Assembly: GCA_002811645.1 (NCBI GenBank)
Contig: PDIP01000122.1
Location: 34,098-98,097 of the forward strand
Direction: 5' to 3'
DNA from: Corallochytrium limacisporum Hawaii
Lineage: Eukaryota; Protista; Pluriformea
Length of the DNA stretch: 64,000 nt
Made by a program: the position numbers and the translations under genes. The stretch's first letter is position 1. Every line of letters starts with the position of its first letter. Positions 43,423-55,600 of the stretch are shown here, piece after piece. The notes below the pieces were generated by a model. It made no database searches. It was not told where the DNA came from and was given only the letters and a program-made list of their open reading frames with translations.

Positions 43423-44504
43423 GATTAAGGTAAATAACTATATCGAATTTGTTCCTTACTTCGTAGTAAAATACTCGCTCCCTGAAGGTATGTGTGGTCA
43501 ATTTACACAGACATTACCCGACTGATTGACACTTCGTATGGCCAGATAATCCCTTTTCTACAATACACAGCTTGAGGTCGCCGCCTACTTCCCTTGTATC
43601 CAGTCGCAGTAAATAGCTTGCTCAACCCAGATGTGCCAAATGTGCAGATTCAGGTACGTTATTGGAAACAAAGAAGATGTCCAACTTTCTGTCCACGTTT
43701 GGCCATTAATTTCACTTTTATCAGGTCTTGGGGTCTCACTTTTTTTTCTTCTTTCTCTCCCTCGTTCTCCTCCAAAAGTACCTCCTTGTCATCACTTCCC
43801 GTGCATCCGAAATAGCCAGTGTGCGTCAGACCCCCGTCCAACTACAACTACCACTCTTCCTCCAATTTTTCCGTTGTTCCCATCTCTCTGTTTGGATTTT
43901 TTTTTTCTTTTTCTTTTTCTTTTTCCTTTTTTTTTTTTAATGGTCTTCCTTTCCTTTTCGTTACCGTCGGTACTCACTGATACCAACGGTTCTCCTCGTC
44001 TTCCCTTCCCCCTTTTGTCTTATGCACTCTGTGCCCTTTCCTTCTCCCAACCCCCGCCTCCCCGCCGCCATATATCCTTGCGATCGTTCAATCGCCCTAT
44101 GTTCAGTCGTCCCACATCGCCTGTCAAATGTGCAGACAACGGCGTGCCGCTGGGGTGGGCCAGTGGAAGACTGGAGAAGCCTTCGGGGCGTACGGGCAAG
44201 GGCGGGCGCCTCGCTGCGCAGTGTCCCGCGAGCGATCTGGGTCGGGGGCAGCCAGCAGGGCGAGCAACGATGACACGGACTATTCGTGCTTTCTGTTAAG
44301 TCAAGCCTTGGACATTACTTTCATCTGGTCAAAACAAGGAGATACTGATACCGCATGATATGACGTGATGGATTTATGACATGATACATAGTGGTGATGA
44401 CGATGGCGATGATGATGGCCGGAACACACCGGCGCTGTTGATTTCCATACATGTCGGCACTAACACATGTTGATGCATGTGGAATCTTACTTGGTGCCAA
44501 TTAG

Positions 44505-44966
44505 TCAGATGTCGTAGTTTTTGAAACGATCCCTGATGCTTCTACCACTCGCGGACGATGAAGAAGAGGGTTTGTGGGCAGTGTCGTTCATATTCATATG
44601 ATGGGTGCCTGGATGATCGGGGTGTTCAATCGTGGATGGACCCCGAGGTTCACGCCAGTGTATCGACATGTGCCCCTCCTTCACCATCTGTTGGTAGGCG
44701 TGAAAGTCCATGTCAAGGTTTGCAGTGCGCCAGCGATCGTAGTTTGCTCTGATCTCTGGGTCACCAAGGATTTCGTAGGCTTTCTTGATCCGCAAGAAAT
44801 CCTCCTGCTTTTCTGGATCTTTGTCTGGGTGGTGTGTGGTGCAAAGCGCTCTGTATTCGGCCTTTATCTGGTTTTGTGTCGAAGTCGGTACACAGTTAAG
44901 GACTACGTAATAGTCAGGAGTTTCTTCCTGCCTTAGATCCTCCTCCTTTTCGATCCGTCTTGCCAT
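44505..44966 (-). CDS. DNAJC12: DNAJC12-like J-domain co-chaperone
   Basis: DYYVVLNC...HHPDK, YDRWR, SIHW and C-terminal RFKNYDI (compare KFRNYEI). Confidence 0.85.
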   Translation of the reverse strand: MARRIEKEEDLRQEETPDYYVVLNCVPTSTQNQIKAEYRALCTTHHPDKDPEKQEDFLRIKKAYEILGDPEIRANYDRWRTANLDMDFHAYQQMVKEGHMSIHWREPRGPSTIEHPDHPGTHHMNMNDTAHKPSSSSSASGRSIRDRFKNYDI

Positions 44967-45727
44967 TGTTCGCCCTTTCAGTGTGACGTAATCGCATGAG
45001 AATCCTCATACGCCTCACGCGAATCCCATGATGACCTATTCAGTCCTCGAGCCATCTACGTCCCTTTTCTCCTGTTTACGTCTCTCTGTCTCTCTGTAAG
45101 TAGCATCCTCAAGTCATCCGCTTCCCCAGTGCGGATCCCTCTTTCCGTGCCGTCTCGGTGTTTTCCTCCTAAACATTTTCGCCAGAACACCGGCAGTCAG
45201 TCGGCCGGAAGGAGGAGATCGAATTTGGGGAGCGCTCGGCTAGGGCTCTTGGGCGCTGGTGAGAGGGCCGCTTTGTTTGAGTTGGGGGGAACCAAACCCC
45301 CCCCCTCCCCGGGGGGGAGGGGGGTTTCCGACGCCTAAGCTGGGCGTGGGCCATGTGAGGGGGGGGGGGTCCCCGCATTTTTTTGAGGCGGGTGGAGAGA
45401 ATAAGAAAAGGGGGGCTCTCCACTGGCTTGGATTTGAGACCTTGTGTGAAAGAGACACAACTATTGGAACTATTTTCCAAGATTGAACAGTTGTTATGAA
45501 CGAATGGCACACCTTGGTGTCACGCATTGCTGACAATCGCCACCACGTATGATATTTGGGAAGGTCATTAAAAACTTGTAAGAATGAAAGGGAATAGGAT
45601 CGCAAATAACCAATCAAACACTTGCGGGTAAACGATCCACGAATAGTGGTGAGACACCATTTCTAGGATATCCTTTCGTGCAATCAAGCAAATAAATAGG
45701 AAAGGAGTTAAAACAAACCAGGTGATC

Positions 45728-46441
45728 ATGAGCAATTGGGACGATTCTGACGAGGAAGTGCCAGTGCACATTCCCAAACCACGCGACGCCTTTGCGGACT
45801 CTGACGAAGAGCAGGAGGACGTCAAGGATGCATGGGATGCCGACAGTGACGAGGAGGAGAAAAAGGAAGAGCCTAAGCCCAAGGCCGCGGTTGAGCCCCC
45901 AAAGCCAAAGTCCAAAAAGAAGGCACTGAAGGCCAAGCTTGCGGAAGCGGACAAGAAAATGCCCACAGACCCCGTCAAAGAATTTGCAGACATGACCCCG
46001 GAAGAGCAGATGCAGGAGAAGTTGCGCCGTCAGAAGCTGGTGGAAGAAGCAGATTACGAGAACACTGTAGCAATGTTCGGATCCTCAGCCGCAGCGAGCA
46101 ATGGTGGTAAGCCCGGTGAAGGAATAGACGATTTCGTGCCCCAGGCGCGCAAGAAGGACGACTTCGTCGAGCTGGCCAAACGCATGATCAAAAAGGTCGA
46201 ACCTTACCAGAACAGCCCTCACTTCGCGCTGATGATGGAGGATTTTGTGCGTGGAGCATGCACAGAGATGGACATTGAGGATTTAAAGAAGGTCTCGAAG
46301 GTGCTGACGGTTCTGCAGAACGAGCGTGCCGCTGCCAACAAAGCGAAGAAGGGCCCGCAGAAGAAGAAGAAGGCCGTTGTGCAGGTCGAGCGCAACGACG
46401 ATGAGGTCTACGACGACTATGATGACTATGACTTTATGTAA
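45728..46441 (+). CDS. EIF3J: Translation initiation factor eIF3 subunit J (Hcr1)
   Basis: ATG at 45728. Acidic N-terminus with DVKDAWD; EKLRRQKLVEEAD; C-terminal DDYDFM. Confidence 0.95.
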   Translation: MSNWDDSDEEVPVHIPKPRDAFADSDEEQEDVKDAWDADSDEEEKKEEPKPKAAVEPPKPKSKKKALKAKLAEADKKMPTDPVKEFADMTPEEQMQEKLRRQKLVEEADYENTVAMFGSSAAASNGGKPGEGIDDFVPQARKKDDFVELAKRMIKKVEPYQNSPHFALMMEDFVRGACTEMDIEDLKKVSKVLTVLQNERAAANKAKKGPQKKKKAVVQVERNDDEVYDDYDDYDFM

Positions 46442-46592
46442 TGGTGAAAAGAGAATAGATCCGATCTCTAGCTTTCTCATTTGTTTCCCTTTTGTCTCGA
46501 CCATCTAGTTTGTTGAAACATATTTCACGGAAGTGCCTCGACTATTTTAAATCTGTATGCTTTATTTAAGAAAGAACTACGATGTACTTTGT

Positions 46593-47470
46593 TTAGTCAG
46601 TGTCCTCTTCCTGTGAGGAATCATAACCATCGTTCATATCTTCGATGGCCTTGATGACTATGGGATCGCTGAAGCCAAAGTACAGTGGACCACTGACCCT
46701 CGTTCCAGGCGATCGACTTGCTAAACACGCGCCTGTCCAAGGATCCGTCGCTGTGCACAAGGAGTGGAAAAAAGAGATTGCCGACATTTGTTAGTACTTT
46801 ACGAACACGAGGCTGAGAAACATACAATTCCCAAATACTTACGGTTAACTCCGGTCCACCGCCGTTCGGAGCCCATCCGAGTGACCGCAAATAGAGGGCC
46901 ATCACCGGCGTCTTCAATGGTCATTCTGTAGCAGTGTCCCTGGAAATAACGGTCCGCAGTATAGCCAATTGGGTACTGATGGCGGTAACGGCAGATGCGA
47001 TTGCTGTAGAACAGTTTGCGGCGGCTCTTGGCCACTAGCTGGCCCAGGCTCCTGACAGTGGTACCCACTGATAGTAGAGTCAGAGGAAGATGGATCTTCT
47101 TCGGAATGTAGTCAGTGACCGGCGTGTAGGGCATCTGACGATACCCTTCCCATTTGAACCGTTTCATTACTACTGGATGCTGTACTTCATATTCTGTGAC
47201 GGTGGAGACACGCAAGGGTTCCTCAATGATCTCCTCCGGATCACTGATCTGTCCGACTTCTGCACTCTCGCCCCGGATCCGACGACTCTGACGAATCCTC
47301 AGTTGTCGCATCTGCATCCGTCGTTTGGGTACACCAGGCGTCTTCCTACGTTTTCCTGCGATGCTTTCAGCAGTGATCTTGTGTCTTTGATCTGTAATTC
47401 CCAGGGACTCCAGGACGGCCCGGTTGGCCTGGATCTGCAGTGCCCGTTGCTGTTCGTATTCACTGGACAT
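46593..47470 (-). CDS. FYRN/FYRC-domain chromatin protein, two exons: join(47470..46843, 46750..46593)
   Basis: N-terminal SEYEQQR..I..N...L.SLGI motif; FYRN TVRSLGQL...YPIGY; FYRC GPLFAVT...SGPLYFGFSDPIVIKAIE. Removing a 92-nt GTAAGT..TACTAAC..CAG intron joins the two ORFs in frame (WTGVN-P-TDPW). Confidence 0.85.
46751..46842 (-). other. Spliceosomal intron (phase 1)
   Basis: Donor GTAAGT (46842-46837), branch TACTAAC (46796-46790), pyrimidine tract, CAG acceptor ending at 46751; contains an in-frame stop. Confidence 0.9.
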
Positions 47471-47986
47471 TTTGCTTTCTTTCGCTGTGTTTGCTCCTTT
47501 GATACGATACTGGATATTGCGCAGATCAACCTCGATATTTCGCATGAAGTATCTGCATGAATGGGGCAAAATGTCGTCTCTGGCTCATGCGCACGAAGAT
47601 AAAAGAGCTGGAGTGCGTGATGAGACCCTTTCCGCCCGTGGAAATCTTCGCGCCTCTTTCGCACTTCTGCTTCTCCCCTCTCACTTCCCTTCCAGGGCCT
47701 TTTTCCACCGTGCACACACAGAGCCTCCGACTATAATCAGGCCCCCCCGGGGGCATCAATGGGCCACCGTCATCGCAGTAAAGAGCAGATCCTTCGTTTA
47801 TACGGTATTTGTTTAATCTATCTAGTTTTGTTGTGTTTGTCATGAATCGAGAATTCATGTTTCATTTGTGGGTGGTTCAAACAAAGAGACCATCAATTGT
47901 GTTTCCTTGTCTAAAATAGTCATGATGGAAATTACAGCTCAAGGTGCTAAAAAATGGATGTAGGTCAATAGTCAAGAATGTTTTGG

Positions 47987-48604
47987 TTACTTACGATACC
48001 ACAGCTGCATGTTCGCCTGAGCCTTGATCTTACGCTGCAGTTGGATCAAACCGTAGAGTAAGGCCTCAGCGGAAGGAGGGCAGCCAGGGACGTAGATGTC
48101 AACGGGCACAATCCGGTCGCATCCCCGCACCACAGCGTATGAGTAGTGGTAGTAGCCACCTCCGTTGGCACAGGATCCCATACTCAGCACCCACCGAGGT
48201 TCAGGCATCTGATCGTACACCTTGCGAAGTGCTGGAGCCATCTTGTTGGTCAGAGTACCCGCAACAATCATAACATCGGACTGACGCGGCGATGCGCGAA
48301 AGATGATACCCATGCGATCCATATCGTACCGAGGAGTGGCAGCGTGCATCATTTCCACGGCACAGCAGGCCAGACCGAAGGTCATGGGCCACATACTACC
48401 GGTGCGACCCCAGTTGACCACATCGTCGAGGGACGCGAGAACCCACTCGGCACCGTTCTTGGGGGTCAGATCATTGGGACCGTTCTCAACCACGGCCGGT
48501 GCGCCCTGTTTGGTAGGGGTGGTTGTGGATGCAAATGCGCTACGCTGCAGAGCCATCAGAGGCCGCGCCGCCCGAATTGCTGGCAACCGACTGATCAAAG
48601 TCAT
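47987..48604 (-). CDS. NDUFS7: Complex I subunit NDUFS7/PSST
   Basis: [55 protein letters not shown]; presequence starting at ATG 48604. Confidence 0.98.
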   Translation of the reverse strand: MTLISRLPAIRAARPLMALQRSAFASTTTPTKQGAPAVVENGPNDLTPKNGAEWVLASLDDVVNWGRTGSMWPMTFGLACCAVEMMHAATPRYDMDRMGIIFRASPRQSDVMIVAGTLTNKMAPALRKVYDQMPEPRWVLSMGSCANGGGYYHYSYAVVRGCDRIVPVDIYVPGCPPSAEALLYGLIQLQRKIKAQANMQLWYRK

Positions 48605-49620
48605 TGTGAAAATATATCCGAACTTTTGGTTCCCATTCACAGTCCAGTTCACAATGGCGATGTATGTCAAAAATCTTTGGTTTTCCGAGCCGTAAACAAA
48701 TCAAATACCTCCGTGCTACAGTCCAGGACAATTCAACCTTACAGGAAAGACAAACATTCCAGTTCTTCATACAACCACACGAGCACAGATGCCACACCAA
48801 ACCGAAACCAATTGCAAACACTGGTTCGAATGGCTTTCCACGTCTCTGAATAAATAAATGTGAACAATCCGAATGCACCCACAGTGTTATGGGTCCCGTG
48901 GGGATACACACACACGGGCACTGTGCCCGCCCTCCCCCCCCCCGGGTCAGCGTACGTCTGCCTCTCCCGGGCTCGTCCGGTTTTGTTTTGAAGGACCGCG
49001 CTGTCAATGTACCGGGAGAGAAAGGGAGACACCACCAACCTCCCCCCACGTCCAGGGCAGTAGTAGCCTTGTCGGAATGTGCAGCGGGGACAGGTTTCAG
49101 TACATTCACTATGAAAATGGGCGGTGATCCGAGCAGCGGCTAGAGGGTTGCAACCAGGCAGGGGGTATTTGCGATCATATGCTCTTGACCGACCAAGTTT
49201 TTTTAATTAATTTGAATTGTGAGGGTATCAGCTAAATTTCCAGCACAAACCCGATGACAGACAGCGAATGCAGTAGGCGTTCAGAGCCATCCTCCGTTGG
49301 AGTATGCAGTGATGCCCAGAATCTTTATCAGATTCTCCGTGTGGAAGCGGTATTCGAATGAACTCTAGATGGCTGAAAGGGGATGCGGAATTCCACCAGA
49401 ACAATCAAGTGGATAGTCTTGGGGATCGAAATGGGAATCCAGTCGGAAACCGTAACGCGGGGCTGCGTCCGGAGATCCTTGGATTGAATAGGTAAGGAAC
49501 ACGGAACGGAATAGACAAAACCCGAAATCGTCATCAGTCGTGGATGATCGAGGATGACACCACGCTTCTGCAATCCTTAGTGGCCATTGGCCAGAAGTAT
49601 GGCTAAGAGATTCCCCAGCT

Positions 49621-49656
49621 CGCTCTGCGGCTCCCCATCGCTCTGCTGCTCCCCAT
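49621..49656. repeat. 18-nt tandem duplication
   Basis: cgctctgc(g/t)gctccccat x2. Confidence 0.75.
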
Positions 49657-52584
49657 CTGGTGCCATCTATCCTATTCATTACAACACACTCGTATCCCAT
49701 GGCCTAGAAAGATGGATGAGATAGAGATACTTGCATAGGATGGTCGTGGAGGCTCTCCTCTGTGCCTCTTTGCGTGCAGCAGCCATCCCGACATCAGATG
49801 AATTAGCACCCGCCAGAAGATGGGAGTGGGCATGAGTAGGAAAGACCCAGAGAGGAACGAAGGCAGGCTCATGCGGAAATGAAATTCGCCATCGTTCGTA
49901 CATACCTCACACACACACACACCCCAATAACCTCCGACCTCATGACGTAGTGACGCGTAGCTCTCACCGTTTCCCATCCGAATCTGCTCTACCGTCGTCA
50001 CAGCAAGGCAAGTCAACGAGGAATGATGTTGAACGGAATATTTTCTGAAAAATGTGATCCGTTGCCCCGAATGCTTCAGAGGATCTATGTCCCACAAGGT
50101 CAGGGACTCGATCTGGATGTTTGAGGATGTCAAACTTCCGTCCCAGACGCAGTAGCGCGGAGAGATGATTCGCACCACCGGATCGATTATGACGGGCGAC
50201 AATCTGGGCACCGTTTGCTTTCGCCCAGGATTTCACAGCCAACATCCCCCCATTTTGTTTCATCATCGATGCAGGGAGTGCGCAAATGAAGACAAGGAAC
50301 TTGTAACGGAGAAGTGGCCGAAAGCCCGCTCTTGCGCGTTTTGGGTTGGGAAGCAGTTGGGAAGGGGACGGTACAAGGCCCCGGCCCCTTCTTCACTTGC
50401 TTCTTCCAGAGTCCTGCAGGACCCGAATGGTCCGTATTTTCCATTTTATCTATGCTGGTATGTATCGTATATACGCATTCCGCAGTGTATAAGCACAAAC
50501 TATGTTACTCGGAACCTTCGGTGCATTTCATCGCAAACCCGGGATCGTTCCCCGCAACTCACATCCCGAACGGAGAATCCACCATAGCGCAACAGACATC
50601 TAATCACCATCCACAAAGGAAATGGCCAAACCACTGGCATTACCTGGAGCCCTGGAAACAGCACACGATCTGAACATGCTTAAGCTGGATCGCAGCCGAC
50701 GTGCACAGTCTCTCCGTATCTCAGACAGAGCTCATTGGCGCTAGCGATAGTTGCTCGACCATTGATCTTTACTTTTCTGAGTTTTTACAGGGAACCGTGT
50801 GCAGGATCCCGGTTTCTTCAATGCGGGATATGGGATTCTGGAGTATGCTGGCATCCCGATGCCGACCAACAACTCACCACTGCTCCATACTGCGGTCCCC
50901 TATGCGTGTGGCTTGAAATGATCACTCGACCGGCTGGCTGGCCCCTGAATTCCGCTGGTGTGGTTGATGATGCTCGCCAGGCGGATTTTCTGGACGCTTA
51001 GGTGTGTTTCTGTCGATGATGACGGCGCTTTTGGGGCGCTGGTGTTCTCAGAGCATTTGAGAAATGATCGATACAGCTCTAGTAATGGCTGGATCGGTTG
51101 AACATGGTAGGTACGAAAGTACTAGAGAACAAGAAGGGTGAATCCGAACAGCACATAAACCATGCGCACCCTCTCTCTGCACCTTGCGCAGAAGTCCGTT
51201 CCGATCCTATATAAGCGTGCCTTTAATAATGGACGCAGAACACCTCGATCCGTGTGCAGGACGTACCCTGGACCTACCCTGTCCCCGTGGTAGACTCTCC
51301 GAAACTCCTCCTCGGACCCCCCCCCTTCTCCTTCCTTCCCGCTCTCTCTCTCTCCCTCTCTCTCTCCCTCTCGCTCTCCAGCAGGCTCTCCCCTGTCCAC
51401 TTTCAAAAACACCGCTGGTTTTTGTTCTCTTTTTTTTTAATTTACTTTTCCTTGGGCAGCAGGAGAGAGGCCAGGTTCAGACACAAATGTTCCCCCCCCT
51501 TCCTCCTCCGGCTCCCGAGTTTTTTTTAATCTACCCAGACAAATCCAAGACACTGAGAAAACGAAAACACCGGAGCAAAAAGACAGTATAAAATATACTA
51601 AAATACAAGAAAGTATGCCCCCCCCCCAAAAAACCCCCCCGGAAGAAAAAGAATGCAGGGCGACACGAAAAGAGACTCCCCGGCCTCTGCAAACCAAACC
51701 ATCTCCAAAATATCAATGCGAATCGTGGAGGTGCCGTCGCCCCTGCGTACATTGTCGGTACTTAGCCTCTAATGGAAATATTTTGCTTTCGGACCTCTTT
51801 TAGGCGCCTGCGCCAGTAGTTACCGGTGACGAAGAAGAAAGACCTCCCGTGGCTTTGTTGGAAAAAGGCCTTTCTTTGTGCTTTGGAGGGGGGGGGGGTT
51901 AGTGTTTGGTATCCGTGTGCCGGTTGTGATTATGTTTTGGGTGAGCCAATTCCATACTCAAAGTATACGATTCCTTTCATCCCGAGAGTGTGCCATACGC
52001 GAACGAGGGGTGTGTCTGTGATCCTTCTTTCTTAATTTTGTGCGAAGATGGGGAGGCGAGGCAAAGTTTGTTTTCTTTTTTTTTTCGCGGCGTCGAACGT
52101 AAGAACTAGCAAAGGGACTAGACACTGTAAAAAAACCAAATATATATACAAACGAAATTATGTGAAATCAAAACCTCGTGGGTTCCGCCGCCTTCGAAGG
52201 TTTCTTCCCTCCTCCTCCCCCTTCCCCCTTTTTCCTTTTCTTTTCTCCTTCACTCTCCCCTCTCCACAGAGGAGGTGATAGGGAAGTGGGAGTGGGGCTT
52301 TCAGTTCACACCATGTTGCACCCTTCGTTTTCCAGTCCATGAAGGATCGTTCGTTTACAGCGATCTCATGTGCAACGCAAGATGCCCACTCCGCTGTCAA
52401 TTCCTTGAGGACATCTTTTGTGTATTCCTTAGCAAATATAAACCAACGGGGCCAGCTAGGAAGCTACGGGACCATCCAAACAGATTCCGCCACCACCATC
52501 TCCACATCTCTCATCCATAGCGTGGATGGCACGCAATCTCGTTGTTCACGACAAGTTTGAAAACAAAGTGTCCATAGAACCACC

Positions 52585-52616
52585 ACTAAATTGGAACCAG
52601 ACTAAATTGGAACCAG
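52585..52616. repeat. 16-nt perfect tandem duplication
   Basis: actaaattggaaccag x2. Confidence 0.8.
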
Positions 52617-55600
52617 TCTCCACAGAAATTGGCCACCTTCGGTGAACCACGCCTGACGCCAAAGGGACACCAATGCCACGTCGCAGGCTCCAAACCCCCC
52701 CCCCTTCTCCCTCCACTTGCGACCTGCCGTGACTCCCGGCGCCTCTACCTTCCGTACACTCAGTACTGGCAATCACCAATTCTCGGGAGTCTGTAATTGC
52801 ATAGTTCCACTGAGATCGAACTTTGTCACAATCCCGGGAACCATGGCGTGATGGGTGATTTTCTCCCACAGTGGTCACACAGTTTGCTCTTAGAAACAAA
52901 AAAAAAAAGAAATACTGGAGCTGTCCGTCGAGTTACAAAAGATACCAAGGAACAATGGGCTCTGCTTGCTTTGCGGTGCAGCGTTGGTGTCGTTCGTTCC
53001 AAAACACCACTGTGTCAGCCAATTTCGTTTTCTTTCCTTCGTCGGTTTTTTTTTCTGTACCCGGCAGAACCCAAAATGGACAAANNNNNNNNNNNNNNNN
53101 NNNNNNNNNNNNNNNNNNNNNNNNNNNNNNNNNNNNNNNNNNNNNNNNNNNNNNNNNNNNNNNNNNNNNNNNNNNNNNNNNNNNNNNNNNNNNNNNNNNN
53201 NNNNNNNNNNNNNNNNNNNNNNNNNNNNNNNNNNNNNNNNNNNNNNNNNNNNNNNNNNNNNNNNNNNNNNNNNNNNNNNNNNNNNNNNNNNNNNNNNNNN
53301 NNNNNNNNNNNNNNNNNNNNNNNNNNNNNNNNNNNNNNNNNNNNNNNNNNNNNNNNNNNNNNNNNNNNNNNNNNNNNNNNNNNNNNNNNNNNNNNNNNNN
53401 NNNNNNNNNNNNNNNNNNNNNNNNNNNNNNNNNNNNNNNNNNNNNNNNNNNNNNNNNNNNNNNNNNNNNNNNNNNNNNNNNNNNNNNNNNNNNNNNNNNN
53501 NNNNNNNNNNNNNNNNNNNNNNNNNNNNNNNNNNNNNNNNNNNNNNNNNNNNNNNNNNNNNNGGTGGAGTTCGTCTTTCTTTTGTTGTTAGGTCTGTGTC
53601 GTGTATTCGGTCCAGTTCTCTCTTTTTCTCAACAGAGAAACTATGAAGACGACGAGTCCAGACTGGTTACAGGGAAGGGGAGGGGAGGAAGCGTGCCGCA
53701 TGGGCAGAGTTGTGAACAATGGTTCTTGCCAGAGAGAGATCGGGGTCTCTCTCTCGTTTCGTTCTTTCTTTCTTTTCTTTCTTTCGTCTGTTTGTGACCG
53801 TGACCCATCACCGATCGTTTGGTTGTCTCGGGGCGCCGACCGCGGTTTGTATTTCCCATAATTAATATAAGGGGATGGGTGGGGGGGGATGGGGAAAAGA
53901 GAGAGAGAGAGAGAGCCCAGAAGGGGACACGGGGAAGTTTATCAAGGGAACGGGGGATTGCCACAACAAACAAAAAGCAGCCCTCAGGTCGCTACTATGT
54001 TTTGAAATAACCGTCACCCATCCCATCGCAGACGTACACCTCTCTCCCCCCCCCTTTGTCCGACAGTTACCCCTCTGTTTTTTTTTCTTTACTGTTAGTC
54101 TTTGGTATCGTTGAACCCGTTTGTTTTTTTTTTTTTGGGCTCTCAGGGAAGAGTAGAAACACGGAACACACCACTACGTCGCGAAGAGCGATGAACAGAA
54201 GACGAGAGAAGCCAATTAACAAATCAAAAAAAGAAACAGGGAAGTTGTACGAAAGGAAAACACACTCATGCAGATTTTACGTGCACCTCCACCCACACTC
54301 TCGCCCACGAATTTCCGTATGTTTATGCTATTTAAAAATCTAGAGAGTCCGTTTGAGTACTGAACATACCACACATCCTTGACATCATCCGCTGGTGTCC
54401 AACAACTTAAATAGGAACAAGTAGAAAGTCCGTACTACCTCACGCAGAATCAATTCTATCTATGAATTCAGTAGTGAACATAAGGGAAAAATTCGAAAAT
54501 GGCTTACTCCGCGATTTTCTGGTTCTTTCCCTAAGACCCGCGTGTCGGATGGGTGTTGCCGGGAACGCACCATGAAACGCTCTCGTTCCATACTGGAACC
54601 ACCGTACCCTTTCAACGGTCCGTTTTCGCGAGGGCAAAGCACGAATGACCAGCAGACCAAAATCACAGTTTAGAGAAAGCGCGAACGCCCTATGGAATGG
54701 ATTCTGGGTCGCATGTTTAGTTTCTGTGTTATTTTTTTTTTCCATTTTCCTCTTTGTTTTTTTTTCCCCTAACCCTCACCTCCCCTCGCCTCCCCACTCT
54801 TCTGTCCTGCTGCTCGGCCCCCCCCCCCAAGCCCTCTCCTTCTCACTCTTGGGGGGAGGGGGGGGGGGGGGCACCGTGGGGTAAGCCGGGAGAATGAAAT
54901 GTAACCGATCGTCCCATCCCCCCAACTTACCACCACAACGAACGGGTACGCCGACATCCTACAAAGATCACTGAGTTTGTATGAACCTTAAAACAATGGA
55001 AATAACAAAGATCCGGTCCCCTGATTTACGTTGTGATGGCCAGGCACTGACCTAACCGCTCTACTGCCATTGGCCGGAGCGGTCAGACGAAACCTTCTCT
55101 AGCTCCCCTTCCCACATTGCATGACGTGATGAAGGAATCAATGACCCATGCTTAGTAGACACTTTGTCTCTCTCACAAGGATCAGGGGTAAACCCAACAA
55201 GGACGGCCTTGGCCAAAGCGGCACACAGCCCAAGAACGAAATCTTGAGCAAAAATGATAACAAAAAATGACGAACGGTAAGATTCTACTCTTTCTCTCTC
55301 TCTCTCTCTTTCGTTTTCTATCCTGCCATTATGAGAAACGCGATAGATTTGGCAGCCATTGGCTGGAATTCAACGCCCCCGTAACCCCACCCTCGCTCTC
55401 CCCTGAAAACCCTCCGCCCCCCCCCTCCTAAGATGTGGGGGGCAAGGGAAGGGCCACAGTCGTTTGGTTTTCTGTCTGTCTCTTGCACTTGTGCTTCTGC
55501 TGGCTTGCTTGGTAGTTTTTCTTTAGTACTCCCCGGGACCTAAATTCGAGATCCCCCCCGGGACTGTCTCCTTTCCGGTTTGAAGACATTCTCTCTCTGG

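Noticed and set aside
44350-44420. TGATGA-rich stretch as a C/D snoRNA
   Set aside because: Degenerate (GAT)n repeat in the DNAJC12 3' region; no D box or rRNA guide
52797-53797. Long ORFs spanning N runs and microsatellite-encoded ORFs (SLSLSL, ERERER, HTHT)
   Set aside because: Artefacts of gaps and simple repeats
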